A DNA stretch of 64,000 bases from the human T2T-CHM13v2.0 reference genome, Homo sapiens, in NCBI RefSeq assembly GCF_009914755.1, contig NC_060931.1. One strand, 5' to 3'. Below the pieces are notes generated by a model. The model had not been told where the DNA came from and searched no databases. It saw only the letters and a program-made list of their open reading frames with translations. How positions within the stretch are numbered: position 1 is the first letter of the stretch; each line of letters starts with the position of its first letter. Of this stretch, positions 1-12,097 are shown in pieces. The position numbers and the translations under genes were made by a program.

Positions 1-1262
1 ACACTTCTTGTGAGTGAACACCTCCTATGAGCCCACATTTCCTGTGAGCCCACACTTCTTGTGAGTGTACACTTCCTATAAGTGTATACATCCTGTGATC
101 ATATATTTCCTGTGAGCATACACTTCCTGTGAGCTTACATGTCCTGTGAGTGTATACTTCCTGTGAGTTTACACTTCCTGTGAGCTCTCACTTCCTGTGA
201 ACCCACACTTCCTGTGAGTGTACACTTCCTGTGAGCACACCCTTCCTGTGAGCTTACACTTCCTGTGAGTGAACACTTCCTGTGAGCCCATACTTCCTCT
301 GTGTATACTTCCAGTGAGTGTATACTTCCTATGAGCCCATATTTCCTATGTGTTTACCTCCTGTGAGCCCACACTTCCTATGTGTACACTTCCTTTGAGC
401 CCACATAGTGAGTGTACACTTCCTGTGAGCACACACTTCCTATCTGTGCACTTCCTGTAAGCCTACACTTCTTGTGAATTTATACTTCTATGAGCCCATA
501 GATCCTATGTGTATACTTCCTGTGAGCCCACATTTCCTCCGATGGTATACTTCCTGTGAGCACACACTTCTTATCTATGCACTTCCTATAAGCCCACACT
601 TCCTGTGAGCTCACACTTCCTATGAGGCCACACTTCCTATCTGTGCACTTCCTTTGAGCATACACCTCCTATCTATGCACTTCCTAAGAGAGCATGCTTC
701 CCGTGAGCCCACATTTCCTATCTGTGTACTTCCTGTGAGCATACACTTCCTATCTGTGCACTTCCTGTGAGCATACACTTCCTATCTGTAAACTTCCTGT
801 GAGCATACACTTTCTGTGCACTTCCTCTAAACACATACTTCCTCTCTGTGCAATTCCTGTGAGCCCACACTTACTATGATATACACTTCCTGTGAGTATA
901 CACTTCCCATGAGCCCCCCTTCCTCTGTGCAATTCCTGTGAGCACACAGTTCCTCTCTGTGCACTTCCTGTAGCACCACTTTCTCTCTATGCACTTATTC
1001 TGAGCACACACTTCCTATCTGTGCACTTCCTGTGACTGTACACTTCCTGTGAGTATACACTTTCTGTGAGCCCATGCTTCCTCTCTGTGCACTTCCTGTG
1101 AGTACCACTTTCTCTCTGTGCACTTCCTGTGAGCCCACACTTTCTGTGAGTGTACACTTCTTATGAGTATACACTTCCTGTGAGCCCACACTTCCTCTAT
1201 GCACTTCCTGTGAGCACACACTTCCTCTCTGTGCACTTTCTCTAAGTCCACACTTGCTGTGT
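1..1262. repeat. Degenerate minisatellite, 15-19 bp units with core ACACTTCCTGTGAG; continues beyond window start
   Basis: Dozens of tandem variants of CACTTCCT(G/A)TGAG; about 19 exact CACTTCCTGT by manual count. Confidence 0.95.
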
Positions 1263-2902
1263 GCATTCTCACCTGCACAATCACTCTTGCTCTTGGGGTT
1301 CTTGCACATGATTCTTTACCACCCCAGAACTCTGGAAGGTGTTGCTTTCTGAGACCTACCTCTCTTGTGTTTCTCCAATGCCAGTTCATCCATAGATTTC
1401 TTCCTAAATACCACTGGCCTCCCTGTGCAGTGCTTTCACTGGGACCTGTGTTTTTTCTTGGTGGCACTTACATAGAAGGATTGTTGTTTAATGACAGTCG
1501 ACTCCAAGACTGTCATTGGTAGATGGTGGCTTCCAAAATGGCAGAACCAAGTCAGCCTTGTTCTTTGTGGTATCTCCAGGGTCAGCCTTCCCTGGTGTTC
1601 CCAAATGTTCCCTAACTGAAAGGATGTATTACAGTTGGGCTTCCTCTCCCTAGGAGACATAATTAAATTTAAAAGTGGGCTTGGGTTGTTTGTAGTATGC
1701 AGTTTTTTACAGGGGAACCACAGAATCTTTATTCCAGATTTTTGAAAAGGTGCGCGGTGCATTTCATTTAGTCCGGTAAGCCGTATTTTTGTGTTCTGTT
1801 GTCAATACATTTTCAGACACACATCACTTGCGAAACTCCTAAAATCTTTTCAAAATGCTCTCACAAGCACATAAACACATATCTTCTTCCTTATTACTCA
1901 GGCACTTCAGACCCAGAGAATTGCTTTTAGAGATCTTGATCATAATACCTCAAAGACAGTTTTCTTTAGGAAGATAAAGAACACTAAAATGTTAATAATA
2001 GAACCTTGAGACCCTCTGAAAAGAAGACTTATGTCAGATTGATAATTTAGGTAGAGTTCTGGAAAACATTAATCTACAAACATATGCCTGATAGAAGGAT
2101 ATTTGCAGAAATGGCTGCAAGTGCAATATTGTTCCAGCTGGTGAGTGTGGTCCATAAAAATTCAGTCTTTAAAAATTATAGTATAGTCTAATTGTAGGAC
2201 TGTGTGCTCAGTGAAAATGCACTTTACCTATAGATAGGGTTGGGAGAACCACCCTGTCTTACCACAGTGTATGTCTGCTCAACACACTGCCATGACCTGG
2301 GAAGAGAACTTTAGGGGGACATGCTTATGAAGCCCTTCCCTATACCTTTTTGTTAGTTCCTTATAATCCCAGAAATTTTTTATTAGGGTAGATAAATGAC
2401 CATAAAACGTTTCCACCCCGTTGAGGATGTTTCTTAGGTCTTCTTTTATGACAACCATCTAAACTCAGCCACATCTGCCTCTGGCGTGTCTAGTTTGGGG
2501 CCACCTCTTTGCATCCCCCTGTGTAATTATTTTATGAGTGAAGTCCCTGCTGGAAACCAGCCCTCTTCCCAGTCAAAATCCATCTGTTTCTCCACTGCCT
2601 GTACATGCCTTTCTCTTTACAATACAGTTAGACCATTTGAGTCACCTTCTCTAGAGAGATAACACAAAAGCAGAATCACAGACATGTGCAATCTTCCAGT
2701 AAATGTCTTCCCCCCATACACCATGTATGGGGTTGAAAAATGGTATTTCTATAAAAAATTGGAATCTGTGAAGACAGGGTTACAGTGAGAAATATTAATA
2801 CACACATTGCAGAGCAGGCTGGTGTCAGGTTCTGTGCCAAGGGTCTGTGGTGCCTCTGACAAAGGAGAACAATGCTGAGGGGACGAAGCAGCAGGAGGAG
2901 AT

Positions 2903-2939
2903 GGTGGGGGGGGTGGGGGGGTGGGGGGGGGGGGTGGGG
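2903..2939 (+). other. Poly-G tract, strong G-quadruplex-forming sequence
   Basis: GGT-G8-T-G7-T-G12-T-G4. Confidence 0.85.
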
Positions 2940-4329
2940 CGAGCTAATTATCCAAATTGGAAAAGGCCCAAGCCCCTTGGATTAACACACATCTTCCCTG
3001 CTGAAGAAAGTGCTCAGGGAATGATCATGATCAGCTGCCATGACCTCCACTTCTCCTCTCACAGGGCACCAAACCAACATGCATCAGGGGGATGGCTGTT
3101 GGTGATTTACATGGGAAATGACTGTGGTATGCAGGGATGCAAAATCAGTGTGGCTTCTTCCTCCAGAAGTATGGGGCCACCCTTGCCTCAACTCATAAGA
3201 ATACACTGATGTTCTGGTGTTGCCTCAGAGGCCTTAGCTTACACAATTCCTGGGGTCAGGGTTGGGTCTATCCAACCCTAGGGTGTTTCTGCAGAAAAAC
3301 ATAGACCAGTGTTCCTAAGATGCCAGCCTGGCTTCTGCTCCCAATCTGCTTCCTCTGAATCATACCTCTTCTTTGCAAACGAGGTGTTTTTGTGAACAGA
3401 AAATATGTGAACTTGACTGCTTCATTTACTCTCTCAGAAGTTCATTAAAAGCTTACATACACACCAATCAAGGCTTTTTATGAGACACAGCCAAGATGTT
3501 TTATGTGTATGGTGCCAATAAACACACTTCTCCAGAAGGAACTAGTACTATTTATGTAAAGTAGACACTTAATTCAACTGAATGGAAATAGCAAATTAGA
3601 GAATGCTTGATTATGGCATTGAAGATGCTTTCTGGGATGAAGACATTATTTGGAAAATCTCCAGATGCTCAAAGCTTGAGGAATGCTGGGATCAGGCAGG
3701 TAACTCTGTAATAGAATTGGACAGAGACTAATTCTGCTCAAGAACAGCTCAAATGGAAAGCTCAGATCCACAGGGAAGGAGCCAACCCAGTCCCTTTAAC
3801 TTGGCTATGGTGGATCAAGATCGTCACTGGAACTCTTTGGTTGTGAGACTCAATATTTATTCTGTGTAGGCAGGAGCATATTGGACCCATCATGAAACTG
3901 GTACTGTCATAGGCTAGACCTGTGACCTCCTAGGTGAAATAACAAAGGCTGGAAAGAGGTGTCCCCATGGGCTTTGGGGAAGACTTCTCTTGCCCAACAG
4001 TGAGCTTGAGCAATTACTTTTCTAAATTGATTGGTTTATTAAAGAAATATTAATTGGACAAGACAACCATCAATGTGAACCTAGTTCAACACAAAGAACA
4101 TTCAGGCCATCAGATGACCAAAGTGAAGCTTCCTGGTACTTAGCATCTGCCTTATCAACTCAGGCCTGACAAGGAAACATGTCAGTTGCTGGAGAAACAC
4201 CCATACCCTAAACACCTCCTGTCACACAGTGGCAACCTGAATTACTGTGAATCCATTTATGCGGCTCTCTTCTCTAAGAGCAGAGGAAGTAGGTGTGGCC
4301 AGACTCAGAGGAGGTCCTCAAGCAGGAGG

Positions 4330-4862
4330 TGTACAAGTCAGGGTTCTCCAGAGGAACAGAACCAATAGAAGGTAGATATAGACAGATACAGATATATAAG
4401 AGGGGATTTATCAGAGGAGTTGTCTCATATGCTTATGGAGGCTGAGTCGCATGCAGGCCATCTGCAAGCTATAGAATGGGGGAAGCTGGCAGTGTGGCTC
4501 AGTTCAACTCTGGAAGCCTCAGAACCAGGGAACCTGAAGGTGTAACTTTCAGTCCAAGGCCAAAGTCCTAAGAACCTGGGGTGCCACTGGTGCAAGTCTC
4601 AGAGTCCAAAAGCCAGAGAGCCTGGAGTTCTGATGTCCAAGAGCAAGAGAAGAAGGGTACCCTAGCTCCAGGAGAATGGGAAGGAGAGGGCAAATTCACC
4701 TTTCCTCTGCCTTTTTATTCTATCCAGGACCTTAAAGTGATTCTAATGCCAGTCTCTTCTGGAAACATCCTCATAGACACACCCAAAATAATGCTTTACC
4801 AGCTATCTGGGAATCCCTTAATCCTGGCAAGTTGACATTGGTTAATAAAATTAGCCATCGCA
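4330..4862 (-). mobile_element. MLT2B-type ERVL solo LTR
   Basis: TGTACAAGTCAGGGTTCTCCAGAGGAACAGAACCAATAG...AAGTTGACA..AAAATTAGCCATCGCA matches the reverse complement of the MLT2 consensus; TG...CA ends. Confidence 0.85.
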
Positions 4863-5720
4863 GTGGGTCAGGGAGAAGGTGGCCGAGTGTCTGCTTCCTG
4901 TGCGGAGGGCACCACACCTTCTGAATGACTTCTTGGTCCCTCATAGCCTAAGAAGTCCGGTGAAATGCATTTGATCTCTTGACTACTTTTTACCCCATCA
5001 GTTGTACCATCCACCTTCCAGCTATCTTCCCACTTCATGCCCATGATTCCATGCACTATTTATGCTGGAGCACTACAACTAAGAAGTCTCTTTTGCATTT
5101 CTTTCTTCCCTCCAGCAACACATGGCCCTTTATGCAGCTCTCACAGCCAGTCTGTATGAGAGACAGAAATAATGGCATTGCCCTTGGGAAAGGAGAAACA
5201 GATAAAGATTCCTTCTCTTGACTTCTAGCGGCAAGCAGTGACAAAGTGCCCCACAAAATTTAAAGCATCAAGGAGTAGCCCGTGGGAAGATATCCATCAG
5301 ATCCTCCAATATGTGAATTAGGTCTGATGGGGGGTAGCTGCTCACTGGTCATGATATCTTGGGACTCCTGCTTCTATCCAGCCCCTACATCGCTCTTTCA
5401 TGATTTTAAATGTGCACTCAAGGAGCTCACTCCAAATCCAAGCCTACATGTATGCCTAACCTACTCCAACCAGAGAGCTCCATATTTATGTGAAGAAAAG
5501 GGCCATATCTGATTAAACAACCATGATTCTGTTTGCAAACACCAATCCACACATTATGAAAGACACAGCAAATGTCCCCAAATAATTGATTTTATTCACA
5601 CCAAGTTTACTCTGACGGATTACCACAAGTAAACATGTAAACATGGGTAACACTTCACTATAGTATAGTTCATGCCACTTGCCTGATAGAAAACCATGGA
5701 GCTTCTCTTAGGAATCCATT

Positions 5721-5888
5721 TTGGTTTTGGGGTTGGTTTGTTTGTTTATTTACTTTTTTTATATTAAAAAGAGAGATGAGGTCTCACTATGTTGCCCAGG
5801 TTGGTCTCGGACTCCTGGACTCAAGTGATCCTCCCACCTCAGCTTCCCAAACTGCTGGGATTACAGGCGTGAAACACTGCACCCAGCC
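5721..5888 (-). mobile_element. FLAM / Alu monomer
   Basis: GAGATGAGGTCTCACTATGTTGCCCAGG...GGGATTACAGGCGTGA..CACCCAGCC; TSD AGGAATCC(A/T)TT at 5710 and 5889. Confidence 0.9.
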
Positions 5889-6699
5889 AGGAATCCTTTA
5901 AAGTACAAGGAGGATTCAGCTTATTATAGAGCCAGTCTATACACAATAACCTGAATTATATACCTAACATGATCTAAATCCTTAGAGTTTTAGAAACACT
6001 CAAAAATTTTTTTAAGCCTCATTTCTAATAATAACACAGTGATTAACCACAATGCTTGGCGAATTGCCTCAAAACCTTTTTGGAAGTAGGGAGGATATAA
6101 ATAAATCAGTTAATACATAAATAAAATGCTTGCAGCTCAGCGACCTTCTGGTTCTCAGGTTTCCATATATCAAATTATGGATTGACCCCGCTAAGTAATC
6201 TCCGAAGTCTTTTCTATGTAGAAGTCTATAAATTTTCTGTTAATCCCAGGGTGAGTTGGGGACCATTTTGTCTTTTGTCCTTGTCGACTGTCTTTGTGAG
6301 AAGCTGAGTCTGCTTACCTGCTGGGTTCAGTGAGCAGGTATGAAGGCATCATGTATGGACATTGAAGAGTTGCCCAGAGATAAGCTCTCACGTTTGGAGA
6401 AGCATGGGTGTGTGGGCTACTGTTGGCTTCAGCTTGTGTACAAGGATATTCAATTTTAGAAAGCCATAATTAATAGTTTCTCTTCTTACCATATTGAAGA
6501 AGTCAGCTTGTTGCCTTCTGGCGAATTAAAATTTCATTAAACTTTTCAGTTAAGAAAATACAGCTTGTTGCAAAAACACCATATGCACCTTACGACTCTT
6601 TTCCCCACCCCTCCTCAGTGCGACTCCCATCACTGCACAGGTGGAGGCAGTGAAGGGGATGCCTTGCTTTCTGAGCTGCTGAAAACATCAGGGTTTCAG

Positions 6700-6800
6700 T
6701 TCTGTCTTGTTTACTGCTCTATCTGATCACCTTGCATTGTGCTTGGCATGTAGTAGCTGCTCAGTACATACCATTTGAATGAACAAATCAATCAATTAAT
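6700..6800 (+). mobile_element. L2 3' end fragment
   Basis: GTGCTTGGCATGTAGTAGCTGCTCAGTACATACCATTTGAATGAA resembles the L2 terminus. Confidence 0.6.
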
Positions 6801-8759
6801 CAGTTAATCAGCCAGTCGATGCAGGTGATGCCTGTTCCTAAATTCCTTTGGTCCCAGTAGGTACTTTGCAACATTTCCCTTTCTTCTGCTTCTGTTAGAA
6901 GGGACCTTTTTAAACTTGAAGGGCAGAGGCCCCCACGCAGCTCATGCAGATGGTGGTACTAACTGGAGAAGCAGTTACAGTTGTACCTAGCATGCATTTC
7001 TGTTGGAGCTCATTTCAAGTAAATGACTTATACTTTATGTCCACAGCAAAGAGGCCCACATTTGTGGCAATCTTGGTCAGTACAGTCAGGAAGGAAGTGT
7101 AGCTGAAGATCACTGAGGAACCAGAGAAATTAGTGTATATCTGGATTTAATGATCAATTTGCTTATGTTAAAAATACATTTGAATATGATTTACTGCCCT
7201 TCAGTTAATGCTAGTTCCTTGCTTGCAGCAGGACCAATCAAAAGGAGCTAAACCTTAAAACCCAGATGGAGATGTTGAAGGATTCTAGCTAAAGTTTATG
7301 CAATTAATTAGGCATCCCCTATTCAGAATACACTTTCTATTTGTGCTTAGAATTGAAAGATATCGTACTCCCAGGAAAAGTACAAAGAGGACCACGAGAT
7401 ACATTGATAATGACCTTATCCTTAATTCATTCCACACATACTCAGTTAAGTGGCTTAAATAAGTGATAGAGATTTTAATTTAAATGCGAGAATATAAGTG
7501 GGCAAATATTTGAATTTAAGTGAAATTAACACAACGTGCCAAATATTGAATAAGAAACTGGAATTTAGTTGGCATTGGATAATGTATTTGGTTTGAGATT
7601 TGGGTTTCCAAACTGAATATATAAATCAATGGGCAGATATACAGTGAACACAAATATAAATAAACACAGTTCCATGTTTACTGTTTATAATACGTCCCCC
7701 CAAATATGTGCAGAAGTGGAATGTGAAGACAATAAACAACTTTTTTGTTAGGTTGGGGGCAGGGGATTCTGAAAGCTACAAAGTATCAAACCATTTATTC
7801 ATTGCATCCCATCTTTAAGATACAGTTTTCATCAATATATTTTCAATGTTTATACATGTTACTTAGTTCTGTTCTTTTTCTACTCAAATGATTGTACAGT
7901 TGATTAATGTCACATGGACTTCCATTGTGATTATTCTTTTAGCTCTGCCTATTCACATTATTAATAAAACCATGAAAATTAAATTAATATGACCTTATCA
8001 TTGTAATCACTACTTTCATTTTTGCATTTTTCTACTCACTTTTACCAAAAAAAAGGAACAAGATGGGAAAACAAAAATTACATAAAAACTTCAGCGTATG
8101 GGGAAAAACAGAGTTGTCTCTAAAAAGGATCTGCTCTCGGCATGGTAGCATCAGAGCATCTACTCAATTGTCAGCCATAAATGAAGTTCAGAATTGGACA
8201 CACCTTCACAGTCTTCCATATGCCAAAGCGGATTGTTCCAACATCAGATGACTCCCTGCCATGTATTCCTTGTTAGTTTCCTATGCTAAATACTAGTAAG
8301 ATACCAAAGGATGTTAGAAATCTGAGGAGAAGTTGCCTAGGATTTAGAGATCACTCCTAGTCTAATATCAGTAGGTTTTTAGGATTACAGGTTATTCAAG
8401 GGCTGCTTCCTGTGTGTAGAGGTTGTATTATGAGTCCTGAAAGGAGAGAGAGGAAAAGAGTCTGCCGTATTCAGAATAAAAAGGCAACAAAGACAGAGTG
8501 TTTTGCGGATTGCCAGATAAGTCTTTTCTGACCGTTCCCAATCCTGAAAGTTCTAACATGGAGACTGCTTGGTCTTTGAAGGAGGTGAATTGCAGTAAAC
8601 AAATCATGAATTATCATCTGCAGTAGATTTGAAAGTCTTTGAGTGAATATAACTGGGGGATGTAACCTTAACTTTCAGATAAGTTTCTAAACAGTTCAGC
8701 ATATCATTTTAAAATGAGCAATGGATGTTTAATGAAGAAAATATGAAATTCAGGTTATC

Positions 8760-9700
8760 ATGTAAATTACAGGTAAACAAACAAAAGGGAAATACAAAAG
8801 TGACCTATACTCTAATCACCCAAACAGAATCACTGTTAACAAGTTGGCAAAATTCTTTCTGGGATTTCCTAGGCATCTATAGTCCAACTTAGCTCTATGT
8901 TTATTTAACTACATTTATGCATACAAATACTTTTCTTTACAAAATGGTGTGACTTTATTCTGTAACCTGCTGCTTTGCATAGAAATAAATGATGAGCATG
9001 TTTTATGTCTCTAACTACACATTTATCTTGTCTTAATGGCTGCTTGGCATTCATTTCTTGGGCTATAGCTTCACAGATTTAGCTACTAGATAGTCTCCAA
9101 TTATACGCAATAGCACATATACCTTTGTGCCGTTTTTTGTACATATATCTTTGTACATTCATTAAATAATTTCCTTAGGATAAGATTTTTCACAAATTAA
9201 TAGGTCAGAAGTATATATTTTTAATACATATGAGGTGTGTTGGAGAATTATCTTTTAGAAAATTTATATCAGTTTATATTCTCACCAGCAGTATATGAGG
9301 GAATCTGTTCTAATCAGACATTCTCAACACAAGGCTTTATCATTCTTTTTAATTGTTGCCAACCTAATAGATGGTAGACTCTACTAATTTGCATTTTTTG
9401 ATTACTTACTAAGGTTGAATTTTTTTCATGTTTATTGACCTTTTTCTCTTGCCTCTTTGTGTTCATTTAGCCCTGGTATTTGGTATGATTTCTCCTAATG
9501 CTTTGCAAGTTAATAACTTATTCATTAATTCACTCATTTATTCATTTATTCATTTACTTATCTACATCTCTTTCTTTTCTGTGTGTTGTAATCTCATCCC
9601 CCCCATACTCTGAGCTTTAATTTGATTTATGGTATTTTGTGGCATATAAAAATCTTTCCGTTTTATTTAGCCAAATTTACCAATCTTTTCAATTATAATT
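8760..9700 (-). mobile_element. Old L1M (L1ME-like) 3' fragment
   Basis: ATTTCCTTAGGATAAGATT, TATATTCTCACCAGCAGTATATGAG, TTGCCAACCTAATAG, AATTTGCATTTTTTGATTACT match antisense L1 ORF2 end/3'UTR. Confidence 0.75.
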
Positions 9701-9900
9701 TTAGACCTGAACAATTTGGGATCTCTGTGAATTCAGTTATTCATCTGCATATTCAAGCTAAAATAGAGCAGTGGCTTAGAAACCATCTTTCCTAAAACTA
9801 TGACAATGCCATTTACAGTAAGAGTCAATGAAATGGGGGGAGAGTCATTCAATGTTCAGAATAGAAAGATTTAGAAGAATGGCAAAGTTGAGCATCATAC

Positions 9901-10248
9901 CTTTATGAAGTGAATTGTGTCCTTCTCAAAATCCTTGTTTTAGCCCTCACCTCCAGTCTGACTGTATTTGAAGATAAGGCGTTTTTTTAGGGTTACATGA
10001 TGTCATAAGGATGGGGCCCTAATCCAACAAAACTGACATCCTTATAAGAAGAGGAAGAGACAGCGGAGCTTGCTCTCTCTGCCCTGTGAAGACATGGTGA
10101 GGAGAAGGCTGTCTGCAAACCGGGAAGAGAGCCCTCACCAGAAAACAACCCCTCCAGCACCTTGACCTTGGATTTCCAGGCCCCAGAACTGTGAGAAGTT
10201 AAATTTCTGTTAAGACTCCCAGTTATGGCAGCCAAGCAGACTAATCCA
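9901..10248 (+). mobile_element. MLT1A/B MaLR solo LTR
   Basis: TGAATTGTGTCC..GGGCCCTAATCCAA..CCTTATAAGAAGAGGAAG..CCAGAACTGTGAGAA..GTTATGGCAGCC..GACTAATCCA. Confidence 0.9.
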
Positions 10249-10271
10249 CTTAGGCTGATGCAGTCACCAGT

Positions 10272-10856
10272 TCTGCTGGGCACAATTCTAAGATGCCTCC
10301 CAAAATGCTCACTTGGCCCTGGCGCCTACACACCATCTCCCAGTTGTTTACTCAAGCACTGATTTCAGTGCTGCTGCAATGGGATTTGGTTATAATTAAG
10401 GTCCTGGATCAGTTGCCATCCAAATGGGGAGATAATCTGGGTGGGCCTATTTAAACACATGAGCCTTGCTTTTAGAAAGACCCCTACAGCTAGTCACAGA
10501 GGAGGCGACTAGAGAGACTTTGGATGGCCTCTAGGAAAGCAGACCTCCTTGTCATGAACTGCCTGGGGGCCACATGTAAAGAGCTGCAGGTGCCTCTAGC
10601 TGAGAGCTAAAAGGAAAGAAAGACCCGAGTCCTACCACCACAGGGCCCTGAGTTCTAACAGCCACTGAGCTTGGAAGAGGACTCTAAGCCCAAGAAAGAA
10701 ATATAGCCCAGCCAAACTCATGGGACCCTGAGCTGTGAGTCCGTTTAAGCTGAGCCTGGACTTCTGACCCACTGGAACTGGAAGATAATGCATTTGCATT
10801 GTCTTACACTGGTAGGTTTATAGGATTTTGTCACATTGAAATGGAGAGTGAATGTG
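10272..10856 (+). mobile_element. MLT1E/F-like MaLR solo LTR
   Basis: AATTCTAAGATG..TAATTAAGGTCC..TGAGCTTGGAAGAGGA..CCTGGACTTCTGACCCAC..GAACTG..AGATAAT. Confidence 0.8.
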
Positions 10857-12097
10857 TCAGTGTTTACATCCCTGCGGAGCAAGGAGGGTGCCAGCTACGG
10901 AGGTGGAGTAGGGGGCCTGGCTCTGCAGCTGGGGCATCGCAGACAGCGGTTTGGCTAACGGTGCAGCTGATCTTCGCAAGTTCCCACCCTGCTCCTCATG
11001 AAACACAGTTGCGCCTCGAACAATATGGGCCTGAACTGCAAGGGTCCACCCAATGCATATTGAAAATACAGAATTGAAGGAAGAGGAAGGGGAGTCCCGC
11101 ATATACAGAGGGCTCTCCCATACAGATGAGTGGAAATGCCACCGGGTGAAATCTGTTGGAACATCCATACAGAAGCAAAATATTAGGGAAACAACAGGTT
11201 ACAGAATCCTCCTTGAACATTTTTTCTTTCAGAGAAGTCAAGTGTGTAGGTATTTGGAGCTAGGCTAGGTGATAAGAGGGACGTAAGGAATGTGGTGTCT
11301 GTCTTACATGTGAATATTGAGGACCCAGTATCTACAGCCACAAAGTGACGACCAGGTATCACCCAGCAGCAAACTTCTGAAAGTCACGCTCTGAGAAGCC
11401 TCTGCCTCCGATCTGGGGCCTTCACCTTTCCAGGGGCCCACCCCATCCCTCCTCCCAGCCTTCTGCTACCTGTCTCTCCACTTCTTCTACAAGCACCCTC
11501 TCCAAAACTGCCACATGTTCTCCTGACTTTGTGTCTCTGTGGGATTGCCTCTATGATGTATCAGGAGGACGTGTGGTTCAGGGGCCAACTGAAACACCAT
11601 GTCCTTTGGTTTTTCGTGAAGCCATCCCCCATTTCCTGGAACCAAAATAGATCCCACAGCACTTCCTGTGTACCCTGATACCTAACAAAATGTTTTAAAG
11701 ATTGCTTTAGCTGGAGATTCTTACATATGTGTGTCCTCCTGGGACAGTGAGTCCGGCAACCAACCCTCGCTGATTCTTTCCCTCCCTCCCTGCCTCTCGC
11801 AGCAGCTGGCCAACTGCCCCTTCTCCAGCAGGTGCTCCCTGCAGGCTTGTGAAATACACTGGAGGGCAATTGTCTGGCTCAGACTCATGTTGCCATCAGC
11901 AAATGACCACGTTTAAGAATGTTATGCCACCTCTATATTTGGCCTGCATTATTCATATAAATATGCTTGGTAGACAAGGGACAGAAGGCACTTGTGTCGG
12001 AGAAAGACAGTTTAAAGGGCAACGACCTAACACACTATAAAATACAGGGAGTGGGGAGTGGGGTGGAGGGAGCAAGCCGTGCGGCTGCCAGGCAGGG

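Larger units (their letters stand above)
2080..5720 (+). mobile_element. Ancient Ty3/Gypsy internal (pol) remnant, MamGyp-int/MamGypsy-like, with stops and frameshifts
   Basis: Collinear motifs: PR NGCKCNIVP (2110-2136), LGREL (2297-2311); RT TNQGF.YE (3463-3484), HYLENLQMLKA/LRNAGIR (3644-3696), AQEQLKWKAQIHREGANPVP (3736-3795); RH WGRLLLPNSELEQLL..KEILIGQ (3975-4061); IN PWEDIH.D (5280-5302), SLVMISWD, YSNQRAPY (5462-5485), HQSTHYERHS (5540-5569), MELLLG (5696-5713). Confidence 0.65.

Noticed and set aside
480-1467. Repetitive Cys/His-rich ORFs resembling zinc-finger or keratin-associated proteins
   Set aside because: They are translations of the minisatellite in several frames, with no C2H2 spacing or gene structure
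1262-2080. gag or LTR of the Gypsy fossil
   Set aside because: No convincing CCHC knuckle, PBS or paired LTR could be read by eye
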